In this document: positions 1-8,649 of the stretch, one piece after another
Layout: every line of letters begins with the position of its first letter
Numbering within the stretch: the stretch's first letter is position 1
Source of the DNA: a virus
Taxonomy: Duplodnaviria > Heunggongvirae > Uroviricota > Caudoviricetes
Direction: 5' to 3' (one strand)
Virus record (IMG/VR): IMGVR_UViG_2872147552_000001
DNA: 64,000 nucleotides
Notes under the pieces: generated by a model
Databases searched by the model: none
The model's input: only the letters and a program-made list of their open reading frames with translations
What the model was told of the DNA's origin: nothing
Program-made: the position numbers and the translations under genes

Positions 1-314
1 CTGGTGAAATAGATGTTTTAATAGGCTCGACTATTCTGGATGTTGGTGTTGATGTGCCAAGCGTTGGTGCGGTCATTCTTGCTGGTGGTGGGAAAGCAGA
101 AGTTGAAATGAGACAGCGTGTCGGTCGTGGCTTACGAGCCAAAAAAAATCAGGCAAACGTGTGTTTTATCACTGATTTCATTGACATTAGCAACAAATAC
201 CTGTTGTCTCACTCTTATGAGCGAAAACACATCATCGACACCACACCTGGCTTTGCAGAAGGTGTATTGCCTATTGATGGAGCATTCGATTTTGGAGTTC
301 TGAAACGAGATTAG
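1..314 (+). CDS. SF2 helicase, C-terminal fragment (5' end outside window)
   Basis: Frame from nt 3 gives ...GSTILDVGVDVPSVGAVILAGG...QRVGRGLR, helicase motifs V/VI; stop at 312-314. Confidence 0.6.
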   Translation, partial: GEIDVLIGSTILDVGVDVPSVGAVILAGGGKAEVEMRQRVGRGLRAKKNQANVCFITDFIDISNKYLLSHSYERKHIIDTTPGFAEGVLPIDGAFDFGVLKRD

Positions 315-316
315 TT

Positions 317-595
317 ATGAGTGAAAAGAAAACAACTTACTGTCAGGTAGCATTGTCTGATAAGGCCAATGACAAACTTGGAAAGTTTCAAGTGAAACTA
401 AAAGAAAAAAATATCAAAATGTCTAAGGCTGAAGTCATAAATACCATTCTGGAACAATTGACAATGGCCGACTTTGACAAGGTTATATCTTCTGTCGGGG
501 CTTCCGCTAAGACTCGTGAGAAAATCATGCGTATCTATGAGAACTCTAATATGACAAAGGAAGATCTCGAAACGCTATTAAGCAGATTAAAATAA
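317..595 (+). CDS. hypothetical protein (92 aa)
   Basis: ORF starts 2 nt after helicase stop; no recognisable motif. Confidence 0.45.
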   Translation: MSEKKTTYCQVALSDKANDKLGKFQVKLKEKNIKMSKAEVINTILEQLTMADFDKVISSVGASAKTREKIMRIYENSNMTKEDLETLLSRLK

Positions 596-621
596 TCACG
601 CTATCAATTAGGGAGACAAAG

Positions 622-1086
622 ATGAAGTCTCCCATACTGTTCACTTTCTGTTCTAAAACTATCATGAAATACTCGCTTCTCCCTCTACTAACGTTACCAG
701 TGTTGATGCTTACCGCGTGCCAATCACGCCCAATATCAATCCATGACGCCAAACCAGCACCGCAGGCCAAAGTGTTCAAGTATCAAAGCGCAGCGCCAGC
801 TACGTTGGTGGTAATGAGAGACACAGGTTTTGTAGGAGCTGGATGTGATGCTTCCATTTTCATCAACGGCGAAACTGTCGCAAAACTGGCTACAGGCGAA
901 AAAGCGACTTTCCATTTAAATGCCGGAGAATTAATTGTGGGTGCATCTCTTGAAGGTGCAGGTTTATGTGCTCTAAACCCCGCTCGTCAAGAGCGAGAAA
1001 CGACTCTGAAGAATGGAGACACAAAAGCATTCAGGGTGTTCACCAGCAATTCTGGTGACATCGACATTCTGCCAACAACTCTGTGA
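622..1086 (+). CDS. putative lipoprotein
   Basis: GGGAGA RBS before ATG; N-terminal hydrophobic stretch ending in lipobox-like LTAC. Confidence 0.5.
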   Translation: MKSPILFTFCSKTIMKYSLLPLLTLPVLMLTACQSRPISIHDAKPAPQAKVFKYQSAAPATLVVMRDTGFVGAGCDASIFINGETVAKLATGEKATFHLNAGELIVGASLEGAGLCALNPARQERETTLKNGDTKAFRVFTSNSGDIDILPTTL

Positions 1087-1090
1087 TGAC

Positions 1091-1615
1091 ATGACAACCA
1101 AAGATATTACCTACGGTATCCAAGCTGAACTCTGGCCGCGAGATTACACTAACGTTGAAAAACTACTGATGTTCTGGCGCAGAGAACAAATTCCTGTAAG
1201 GGTCACTCTCGAAGATGGCCAGGCGTTTTGCATGTACGTTTATGGCCTCATGCCATCTCGTAACAAAGTTGACCTTTGCCCAGCCCCTTTTGACAAAGAA
1301 AATCGTATAAGGCTCCCACTTGAACGCATTAGTACAATTGAATCAGGTGTGGTTGACAGTATCGCTCACGATTTCAAAGGTCGACTAACAGTTCACCCTG
1401 ATTATGTCGATAATCGGCCATCACGCCGCGATTTTTTTGCAATTTGCAACCAAGCCTACAAAGCAAACAAATCTATAAGGGTGTACATGGCGGATGGCCG
1501 TGAAATTGAGGGGGTGTCAGCAGGCGCAGATGCTTGTCAGGTTACACTACGTGTCGAGAACGGTAGAAAAATAGTTGTTTTGTTCGATTGGGTTGAACGA
1601 ATTTTGCCTTTTTGA
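1091..1615 (+). CDS. hypothetical protein
   Basis: ORF track frame; first in-frame ATG after upstream stop at 1084-1086 chosen as start. Confidence 0.45.
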   Translation: MTTKDITYGIQAELWPRDYTNVEKLLMFWRREQIPVRVTLEDGQAFCMYVYGLMPSRNKVDLCPAPFDKENRIRLPLERISTIESGVVDSIAHDFKGRLTVHPDYVDNRPSRRDFFAICNQAYKANKSIRVYMADGREIEGVSAGADACQVTLRVENGRKIVVLFDWVERILPF

Positions 1616-1618
1616 GTT

Positions 1619-1927
1619 ATGAAATCGATATTGTTACCACCATTATTTTTACTTTGCTCAGTTGCGGCAAATGCAATGGACTATAAGCCTGTCATTCAAT
1701 CGCTGATGAATGATGTGTGCTCAACGTCTCAGAATGTATCAGTTTGCATGTATCAATTTTCGGCAGCCGTAAAAGCAGGAAAAGCGATAGGTGAGAATGT
1801 GGAACTGTGTAAGAAAGTGGCAAATGAAGAACGGGCAATGTTGGATTGCGAATCTAGCGAGTCATCGGCACAGTTCGTTGATGCGCTATTTGACACCAAT
1901 CGTAAGGCTGTAGAGTCTGTTCAATAA
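1619..1927 (+). CDS. secreted hypothetical protein
   Basis: N-terminal signal-peptide-like MKSILLPPLFLLCSVAANA; followed by terminator. Confidence 0.5.
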   Translation: MKSILLPPLFLLCSVAANAMDYKPVIQSLMNDVCSTSQNVSVCMYQFSAAVKAGKAIGENVELCKKVANEERAMLDCESSESSAQFVDALFDTNRKAVESVQ

Positions 1928-1942
1928 ATCTATAAGGTTAAT

Positions 1943-1969
1943 AACCGGCTAAGTCCGGTTATTATTTTT
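1943..1969 (+). terminator. rho-independent terminator
   Basis: Hairpin aaccggctaagtccggtt followed by attattttt. Confidence 0.6.
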
Positions 1970-2117
1970 CACATCACTTCTTTATATCTATAAATCAAAT
2001 AACCTAAATATATATAAGGTCTAAAGCCGGAATCGATTATTTATTTAGGGAACACCTTCGACGATCTCGCTTTTATTTCTAGGACTTTCATCCCTGCAAA
2101 AAAATTTAAAAAAACAC

Positions 2118-2145
2118 TTGCAATCTTTTTTCGCATATCGATAAT
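2118..2145 (+). promoter_or_regulatory. sigma70-like promoter
   Basis: TTGCAA - 16 nt - GATAAT about 65 nt upstream of ATG at 2211. Confidence 0.5.
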
Positions 2146-2210
2146 TGAACTCGTCGAAAGCGAAGACGCTAACGACAATAAATTTTAAATTTACATAAGG
2201 AAAAATTATC

Positions 2211-2861
2211 ATGGCTAACATTATCATTTCTAAAAAATCCATCATTGAAGCTGCTTCCATTGTATCCGATGAACTGCGCGAAAAAGCAGATCTGGCAACT
2301 CAAACATATAACGAACATTATAAAAATGGTACGCACACTAAAGCAGACAAAGCAAATATGCAAGCTGCGACCACTAAACTTGCTTACTTCATCAACAACG
2401 TTGTAAACGCTGTAGAAGACGAAAAATTATGCTCTGTTTTCTACTATGCGATCAAAGCAAGCAAACAAGCGCCAGAAGTTTTTTTCCGTGATGCAATGAC
2501 TAACAGTTATTCTCTGGAAAAACTGGTTTATCTGGTCAAATCAATTAAATCTGGTAAATGCGTTTATTCCGTCGCTGATATGTCAGGATCTCGTGTATTT
2601 GCTTTAATCGATATGATTAACGACGAGATCGACACGTTCACCAATGGCGCTGTTTTCGATTTAATGAATGAAGCTAAAAAAGCGTGCGAAATTAAATTGG
2701 ACGCTGGCTATACTCAAGCCAACCAGTTGATCAATCTTTGCGAACGTCTCGGACTTGTTGAAAAAGTCAAAGGAGCTGGGAGCGCGAAAGCTGGTACTCA
2801 GCAATATCGCTTCGTTAAAAATGATTTTTATAACTATCTGGCTGATGCTTTTAAAGCGTAA
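2211..2861 (+). CDS. hypothetical protein (216 aa), AT-rich module
   Basis: ORF with AAGGA RBS; no family recognised. Confidence 0.5.
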   Translation: MANIIISKKSIIEAASIVSDELREKADLATQTYNEHYKNGTHTKADKANMQAATTKLAYFINNVVNAVEDEKLCSVFYYAIKASKQAPEVFFRDAMTNSYSLEKLVYLVKSIKSGKCVYSVADMSGSRVFALIDMINDEIDTFTNGAVFDLMNEAKKACEIKLDAGYTQANQLINLCERLGLVEKVKGAGSAKAGTQQYRFVKNDFYNYLADAFKA

Positions 2862-2872
2862 TTAATGGAATC

Positions 2873-2893
2873 AAGCGCCCACTATGGGCGCTT
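2873..2893 (+). terminator. intergenic hairpin (attenuator or terminator)
   Basis: Perfect stem aagcgccc-actat-gggcgctt between two genes. Confidence 0.4.
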
Positions 2894-2909
2894 TAAAGGA
2901 GCTTTAAAA

Positions 2910-3113
2910 ATGGTCAGCTATGACAAGATCCGCGCGGAATATCGCGCAAAGTATCGCGCTTATAAACTGGAATTAATCGATGATTTGATCGCGCAACGCG
3001 ACCAATTAAATTTTACGTTTTCTGATTTGCTCAACAGCAAGCGAGATTGCAAGCGCAAACGTGAATACTTACGTTTAAGCGCATTAATCGGAAAACTTCA
3101 AAATTCTATTTAA
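2910..3113 (+). CDS. hypothetical protein (67 aa)
   Basis: ATG preceded by aaaggagcttta RBS; ORF track start at 2865 would overlap the hairpin. Confidence 0.4.
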   Translation: MVSYDKIRAEYRAKYRAYKLELIDDLIAQRDQLNFTFSDLLNSKRDCKRKREYLRLSALIGKLQNSI

Positions 3114-3134
3114 TTTTTTTTAAGGAGCTTTATC

Positions 3135-3365
3135 ATGTTTGTTCTTATCGCTGGCGTTAACGTGCGCAATGAATATTTTGTTAATCGCATCGCTGGGATC
3201 GCTGGTTACGCTGGGCGCTCAGTCGAGTTTATCGATGAAACAACGCGTAAAATTGATTTATTGAGCGACCAGGAGCGAAAAAAAGCAGACGTGAACGACG
3301 CTGATATATTTTTAATGTTAAAAGCGTTTGTAGAAATGGGATTTAAAATCAGTTTACACAAATAA
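3135..3365 (+). CDS. hypothetical protein (76 aa)
   Basis: Same aaggagcttta RBS context as the previous gene. Confidence 0.45.
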   Translation: MFVLIAGVNVRNEYFVNRIAGIAGYAGRSVEFIDETTRKIDLLSDQERKKADVNDADIFLMLKAFVEMGFKISLHK

Positions 3366-3370
3366 AATCG

Positions 3371-3395
3371 AGCGCCCATAGTGGGCGCTTTTTTC
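3371..3395 (+). terminator. rho-independent terminator
   Basis: agcgcccatagtgggcgct hairpin followed by TTTTTT. Confidence 0.6.
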
Positions 3396-3415
3396 GTTTC
3401 CAATACTCCCACCAT

Positions 3416-3446
3416 AGCGCGCCATCATTGGCGCGTTTTTTATTGT
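3416..3446 (+). terminator. second tandem terminator
   Basis: agcgcgccatcattggcgcg hairpin followed by TTTTTT. Confidence 0.55.
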
Positions 3447-3854
3447 CTTTAACTCACTCCAACAACATAAAAATAAGCGCCAAAATAACGCCATAGACGC
3501 GCTTTTATATCCTTACCAGTACATACCCATTACTTAGCACATTAACGCGCTTAAAATGCGTTATATTGCGCTATAACGTATGGCTAATCATTGGCTTTTA
3601 TTCTTGCTATGTGATCCGCGTTTATTTGTCGGCGCGGATCGGCATTTTGTGTTGTTCTGTATCCGCTCGCGTATTATGTGCGCGTGATTTTTCACATAAT
3701 CACACCACTTAATCACGTATGTGATTACGCTACGAAAGAAATCTGGATGTCTCAGGCGACGAAAGTCATCATAATTTTCCCCGCTCGCCTGTCCGACAAC
3801 CGCTGGTTGGATTCCACCAGCTTCCCGATGTTTTTTTCTACATAAAGGCGAATG

Positions 3855-3970
3855 CAGCCGTTTCCCGAAAAAATCCTGGCCGTTTCCCGTCGGCTCATGA
3901 ATACGTTCCTCGCCGTTTCTGAAAATTTCCCTGCGGCAGCTGGTGGCTATAGAGAAAGGGCCGTTTCTGG
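3855..3970. repeat. cluster of four GCCGTTTC(C/T) direct repeats
   Basis: cagccgtttcccgaa, ggccgtttcccgt, cgccgtttctgaaaa, ggccgtttctgg within 115 bp. Confidence 0.6.
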
Positions 3971-3982
3971 CCCTCTTCTCAG

Positions 3983-4465
3983 TTACACGCCATCAAGGAT
4001 GTGGATGCGGTTGCTTGCGTATACATTCAGCATAAAGTTAGCGCAAAACAGTTTCCATGTATCAACGCCAGCGGTATACGTAATGTTTTTGCATTTAATC
4101 GCATTGTTGGCGATCCGCATCCCCTGCGATACTGCTTCATCGTCGGAAAATTTGAACGACGATTGAGTTTTAATCCAGACAGAAATCTGCGTAGCGAACT
4201 CAATCAGCTTGGACTGGCAGAATCGCCCGGAGCGCACCGGAAAGACGAACGTTCCGAATCCAGAATTTACCACATACGCTTTCTCAAATACCCGCGAGTA
4301 ACGACGATTGCCAATGATGTCGCGTGCAATAATGCATTTTTCTTGTGCTGACAGTTCTACCGTCTCATTGTCGCGCCATGCACCAAGTACTCGTTTTTCA
4401 ATGTCAGAGAACGTTACAGCGATATTGCCATGTGCGGGTGCGTTTACAGTAGCGATAAAATTCAT
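3983..4465 (-). CDS. hypothetical protein (160 aa)
   Basis: ORF with AAGGA RBS; upstream GATAAT -10 and palindromic leader motif. Confidence 0.5.
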   Translation of the reverse strand: MNFIATVNAPAHGNIAVTFSDIEKRVLGAWRDNETVELSAQEKCIIARDIIGNRRYSRVFEKAYVVNSGFGTFVFPVRSGRFCQSKLIEFATQISVWIKTQSSFKFSDDEAVSQGMRIANNAIKCKNITYTAGVDTWKLFCANFMLNVYASNRIHILDGV

Positions 4466-4486
4466 GATTAATTCCTTATCGTAAAT

Positions 4487-4497
4487 AACAAATTGTT
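4487..4497 (-). promoter_or_regulatory. class A palindromic leader motif (AACAAnTTGTT)
   Basis: aacaaattgtt about 22 nt upstream of the start at 4465. Confidence 0.5.
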
Positions 4498-4640
4498 TTC
4501 TTGTTGGTGTTAATTATCGTTGTACGAATAAGGCGTCAAAGTGGAAAGTTGCGGTAGCCGGACGGGAACAGGTGGGTTTGTCGGTTGCCTGGAGGTAAGA
4601 GGTTGGTGTTTTTAGCCTGCGGGAAACAGGATGGTCATTT

Positions 4641-4664
4641 AAGGCCACCAGCATTGGTGGCCTT
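4641..4664 (-). terminator. conserved GGCCACC hairpin at gene 3' end
   Basis: aaggccaccagcattggtggcctt directly after the stop at 4670; one of five related copies. Confidence 0.45.
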
Positions 4665-4669
4665 AATCT

Positions 4670-4951
4670 TTAGTGGAGCAGACCGATGTCGATGGTATCC
4701 CCTGAATCATCCACACGGATCATCAGCATGGCGAAGGCGTTTAGTGGATAACTGGCGTGCCATTCAGGGAAGCGGTCATCTCGCATGAAGTCGGCAATGT
4801 CGTAAACGCATCCCTCAAAGTGGAAGAATCGCGTGCTTACCTGCTCGTCATATTCCACATGATCCATTTCTTGCTGTTCTGTTTCCGGCAAGTCCAGCCA
4901 TGATTCAAGGAATACATTTTGTGCTTTAGGGGTAATGGTGAAATCAGTCAT
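4670..4951 (-). CDS. hypothetical protein (93 aa, acidic)
   Basis: Start moved to the ATG with GAGGA RBS (MTDFTITPK...); ORF track start lies upstream of the promoter motif. Confidence 0.45.
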   Translation of the reverse strand: MTDFTITPKAQNVFLESWLDLPETEQQEMDHVEYDEQVSTRFFHFEGCVYDIADFMRDDRFPEWHASYPLNAFAMLMIRVDDSGDTIDIGLLH

Positions 4952-4970
4952 GAGCATATCCTCACTGCGT

Positions 4971-4984
4971 AAACATGTTGTTTT
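4971..4984 (-). promoter_or_regulatory. class A palindromic leader motif
   Basis: aaacatgttgtttt about 20 nt upstream of the start. Confidence 0.45.
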
Positions 4985-5111
4985 CTTGTTGGTGTAATTA
5001 TCGCAGTGTAGATAAGGCATAAAAGAAGTTAATACAGGCTGAATACACAAGAAAGGTTCTGGAAGTTGATAGCCAGGTTTCAAACTAACCTTCGGTTATT
5101 AAAAGTCATTT

Positions 5112-5135
5112 AAGACCACCAATGCTGGTGGCCTT
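5112..5135 (-). terminator. conserved GGCCACC-type hairpin
   Basis: aagaccaccaatgctggtggcctt. Confidence 0.4.
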
Positions 5136-5140
5136 AATAA

Positions 5141-5284
5141 TTATCGACCGATTACGCTAAGGATCTTTTCCTCAACTGATTTGTTGTTGCGACTAAACTG
5201 CCTTGCGTATCTGATGACAGAAGAGGCGTTTTGCTTTCTGACCATCTCGGCTCTTTCCTTCAGGCGTTTCTTGAAATCGCCCAT
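5141..5284 (-). CDS. possible small basic protein (47 aa), not in ORF track
   Basis: ATG 2 nt after the stop of the upstream gene; MGDFKKRLKERAEMVRKQNASSVIRYARQFSRNNKSVEEKILSVIGR; ends just before the hairpin. Confidence 0.25.
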   Translation of the reverse strand: MGDFKKRLKERAEMVRKQNASSVIRYARQFSRNNKSVEEKILSVIGR

Positions 5285-5286
5285 AT

Positions 5287-5661
5287 TTACCACCAGGCGC
5301 AGAAGGTCAGTCTGTTATTGTGAAAGTCGTGGTTCTTAATCAGATCTTCCACAATCTCTTTCAACTCCCCCACATCATGCCAGTAACCTTCATCGTACTC
5401 CTGACTGCCGAAGAAAAAACCTTCCCGGGTAGGCAAGTACTCTTCGCAATTACTTTCGTTTATGTGCATCAAATGAGCCTTCAGAAAACAAATGTCATTC
5501 ATCGTTAATTCTAAAAGCTCACAATTTTCGACTTCACCTACGTTGCGCTCCATCCACCCAACGAGCGCATTGAACTTACGGAAGTAAGCAACCTGCTTTC
5601 TGGATGCCTCGTTATTCAGATCGTTTTTAGGCTGTGTCTCGATATAGATATCAAGTCCCAT
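5287..5661 (-). CDS. hypothetical protein
   Basis: Start set at ATG with AAGGAAA RBS (MGLDIYIETQ...). Confidence 0.45.
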   Translation of the reverse strand: MGLDIYIETQPKNDLNNEASRKQVAYFRKFNALVGWMERNVGEVENCELLELTMNDICFLKAHLMHINESNCEEYLPTREGFFFGSQEYDEGYWHDVGELKEIVEDLIKNHDFHNNRLTFCAWW

Positions 5662-5718
5662 GATGGTTTCCTTATTAAGTTGCTTCAGTGAAATCATTTT
5701 CACAAATCAGATAAGGCA

Positions 5719-5732
5719 GAAAACAAATTGTT
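5719..5732 (-). promoter_or_regulatory. class A palindromic leader motif
   Basis: gaaaacaaattgtt upstream of the start. Confidence 0.45.
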
Positions 5733-5778
5733 ATCGGGCATAAGAAAATGGCGCGGTTTACGCGCCATTTAAAGAGGA

Positions 5779-6174
5779 TTAAGCGAATACGCTTTCAGGG
5801 ATTAAGGTGTCGGCAGGAATGCCAGAGGTAATGCGCAGGCCGTACTGACCAATCCAGGCAGTGTTGGTATTCAGGTTGGAGGCGAATACGGTGTCAACCA
5901 TATTCATCATTGGTTCAAACACCTCTTCATCAACCTGGCGGAAGTAGTTCTCGATTTTCAGCAGCAGCGGGTCAGTTGCATCGAAAATAGACTGGTATTG
6001 AATCGCGTACTCGCCGCCGGAGGCATCACCTTTACGCACGATCGTACTGGCCTGGACTTCGGCACCAGTTTCGGTGTTGTACGTAACAACGGTGATTTTT
6101 GCCACATTCTTACCTTCGGCGGTTTCAGAGGCATAGTAAACATCAACTGTCAGTTTTTCGCGTTTAACGGTCAT
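5779..6174 (-). CDS. hypothetical protein
   Basis: Start set at MTVKREK ATG with GGAGAG RBS. Confidence 0.45.
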   Translation of the reverse strand: MTVKREKLTVDVYYASETAEGKNVAKITVVTYNTETGAEVQASTIVRKGDASGGEYAIQYQSIFDATDPLLLKIENYFRQVDEEVFEPMMNMVDTVFASNLNTNTAWIGQYGLRITSGIPADTLIPESVFA

Positions 6175-6216
6175 TTCACTCTCCGTAGTGTATTGGTTAT
6201 TTTTATATTCTATGAT

Positions 6217-6233
6217 CGTAAGTATGTACTTAC
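6217..6233 (-). promoter_or_regulatory. class B palindrome (TAAGTA..TACTTA type)
   Basis: cgtaagtatgtacttac about 45 nt upstream of the start. Confidence 0.4.
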
Positions 6234-6300
6234 AATACAAAAAAGCCCCGTAAGGATGGCGGGGCTGTCGTACTGTCGACTAATTACCACTTGCACATTA

Positions 6301-6612
6301 TCAGGCTATTGCCATCACTGATGCTCTCTGAATTTCTTGCTGGGCCACGCGGTTAACTTCCATCAAAGCCAGTTCGAGCTGATGTTCCGGCCACATTCTT
6401 TGAAATGCCATCCAGCCTTTTCCACGCTGGCGACGAACATTCATTACATAACGAGTAAAGGTGTTTTTATCGAAAGACACCGCTGTTTCACGGAACAGAC
6501 GAATAGAGGTTCCATTGGCAACGATGTCCAGCAAAGTTAATTGAGCAACCAGCGCAGGCTTCTCTTTTCTCTTCTGGTCTTTGTCCAGACCAAGAACCAA
6601 TGATTTTTTCAT
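6301..6612 (-). CDS. hypothetical protein (103 aa)
   Basis: Start at ATG with GGAG RBS (MKKSLVLG...). Confidence 0.45.
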   Translation of the reverse strand: MKKSLVLGLDKDQKRKEKPALVAQLTLLDIVANGTSIRLFRETAVSFDKNTFTRYVMNVRRQRGKGWMAFQRMWPEHQLELALMEVNRVAQQEIQRASVMAIA

Positions 6613-6623
6613 CACAACTCCGT

Positions 6624-6637
6624 AAACAACTTGTTTT
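6624..6637 (-). promoter_or_regulatory. class A palindromic leader motif
   Basis: aaacaacttgtttt 12 nt upstream of the start. Confidence 0.45.
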
Positions 6638-6737
6638 CTCAATGGCGTAAATAATACCAGTAAGAAAACGGCTACAAAGCATAATGATCAGGTGCATGAT
6701 CGATATGCAGGTTCTTCCCTGCGGCTACATATTAAGT

Positions 6738-6756
6738 TAAGCCAGCAATGCTGGCT
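6738..6756 (-). terminator. hairpin (variant of GGCCACC family)
   Basis: aagccagcaatgctggctt downstream of the gene ending at 6767. Confidence 0.35.
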
Positions 6757-6766
6757 TTGGTTGGGG

Positions 6767-7096
6767 TTACTCGAATACTTCAAGAAACTCCTGAACGTCC
6801 CAATGCTGGACGAGGTGAAGATAGACCTTAGAAATCACGTCATTTTCGCTATCGCATGTGAAGTAGTACTTCTGGCTGCGGTTGTATGTGTCCACACAAA
6901 ATTCGCTCATATCCATAAAGTCAGCATCTTCACCCATGTCGCAAATCATCAAAGCAGGTGCGTCATCACGAGTCATCAGCTCAAGCACCCACCGCGAATT
7001 GATCAGAGTGGAAGACCAACCTTCTAACTCATAAAACTGATCAAACTCTTTTTGAGTTAATTTCTTGATTTGGTTGATGTCGATATTTGCAAACAT
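6767..7096 (-). CDS. hypothetical protein (109 aa, acidic)
   Basis: Start at ATG with AAGGA RBS (MFANIDINQ...). Confidence 0.45.
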   Translation of the reverse strand: MFANIDINQIKKLTQKEFDQFYELEGWSSTLINSRWVLELMTRDDAPALMICDMGEDADFMDMSEFCVDTYNRSQKYYFTCDSENDVISKVYLHLVQHWDVQEFLEVFE

Positions 7097-7108
7097 AAAG
7101 CAATCCTT

Positions 7109-7122
7109 AAACAACTTGTTTT
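7109..7122 (-). promoter_or_regulatory. class A palindromic leader motif
   Basis: aaacaacttgtttt followed by GATAAT-like -10. Confidence 0.45.
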
Positions 7123-7457
7123 CTTGATGGTGTTATTATCGCAATAACGCACAGGCGAAAAAGGATTTTATTCCGGTGAATGTGGTTTTGGCAGTGAGTT
7201 TTCAGGTTCAGTACCGAGTACACTTTTTACATTATTCTGATTTAGTGGCCGAAGGTGGCTGGTGGGCAGAATAATCATCTCCCCGAAAACCTACTGAAAT
7301 CGATTGTGACCCGTTGGCTGTCTGGCACAATTACGCTGTAGCTGGGCATTCAGAGGGAGTCCAACGGTAAGTTAGTCCGCCTGCACGTGAGCGCCTCTCT
7401 TCTTCCCGCACATTACAGGTGGGTAGCCGCAACTCTCCCTCACGCTATACCGGTACG

Positions 7458-7595
7458 CCGCCGTTCCTGAACCGGCATCGAGCCTTTTCCCGAAATCCAC
7501 ACAGGCAACTCGACCGTTTCCCTGAAAACCTCCAGCCGTTCCCCGAAGGCAACCCAGCCGTTTCTGTAGCGGGATGCAGCTTTTTCCCTGTATGG
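7458..7595. repeat. second cluster of CCGTTTCC-type direct repeats
   Basis: cgccgttcctgaa, cgaccgtttccctgaaaa, cagccgtttccccgaa, cagccgtttctgta; same family as 3855-3970. Confidence 0.6.
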
Positions 7596-7599
7596 ACCG

Positions 7600-8640
7600 A
7601 AGGCTGACCGTAGGGGTGTTACGGGGGATAAAATCAGGAGTTGAATAAATACGAAAAAGGAGGCGACACCCCTCCTTCCCTCCCCACTTATACATACCTG
7701 GCTTCTTCGCTATACATGTTGTGTTTTATTCGTGTTTTATCTGTCTCAACCTCTCTATGGACGTTAACACTCACTCCTTCCAGAACGTTCTATACGGCGA
7801 CTAATTCTGTTGGTGAATTGGGTGTGTTGTTCTCTCTGTCGGTGTATGTGGTTTCGTTCGTTTTGCGGTGGTTCTTCTATGGGGTGTTCTCGTCGTTTTG
7901 GTGATTGTTCTTCTCCGTGTATGGAGTAATGGCAGGTGGGCGATTCCTTTCGTTGTTGTGTTTGAGTTGTTTGTCTGGAGTGTGAAAGGCTTTTGTAGTT
8001 ATTCGTGTATTGGGTAATGGCGTTTCCCGTGATTGTTCTGTTTCGTGTCTTTTGGGATTGAGAGAAGCCTTGCGGTTACAGGCTTCGTTGGGGGTTCAGT
8101 GATTCTGGTGTTTCTTCGCTGTTTGGGTAATGGCGTGTCGTGGGTATCGCGCGTATGAATGTTTTCGGATTGCCTGTGAAAGTTAGGTTGGTTGTCCGGT
8201 AGCCTGGGGAGAAGAGGTGGGTCTTTTCGGTAGCCTGCCATAAAGAGGTTGGTTGTTTTTGGAAATGGCATATGTGTTATTTAGTTGTTTTGTTATGCCT
8301 GAAAATAAGTTGTTTATATGGTTATGTAACGCAACGGGAACGATTTTGAGCGTGTGTTTTTGTTGGTAGTGTGTTGGGTCGTCTGTGGTGAAAATTGGAC
8401 GCTGTGGCGCTGTCTGCTGCGTAGAATTACGGGTATAAGCAGTGATGTGTGAAAACGTCAATTTTTTAGACCAAATAGGGTGAAAGCGTTGATGTTTCGT
8501 TGATCTGTTATTTAGTTGTTTTCTTGTTTGTATAAACAACTATAACCTATTGATATTTAAGGATGTGATTGCGGGTATGGAAGGGGAGTAGTGGCGATCA
8601 ACGGATTCTTATAGAAAAGAATCAAATTGTGACCGCCATT
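7600..8640. other. ORF-poor, GT-skewed noncoding region with degenerate repeats
   Basis: Plus strand strongly G+T rich; recurring gggtaatggcg and ggtagcctg units; only low-complexity ORFs. Confidence 0.5.
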
Positions 8641-8649
8641 ATCAATGTT

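Noticed and set aside
3852-4351. Plus-strand ORFs of 104 and 116 aa overlapping the repeat cluster and the first cassette gene
   Set aside because: They overlap the GCCGTTTC repeats and run antisense to a gene with a clear promoter, RBS and leader motif
7372-8539. Several 60-118-aa ORFs in the GT-skewed region
   Set aside because: Products are low-complexity with no RBS or start context; the reading frames look like by-products of the skewed composition
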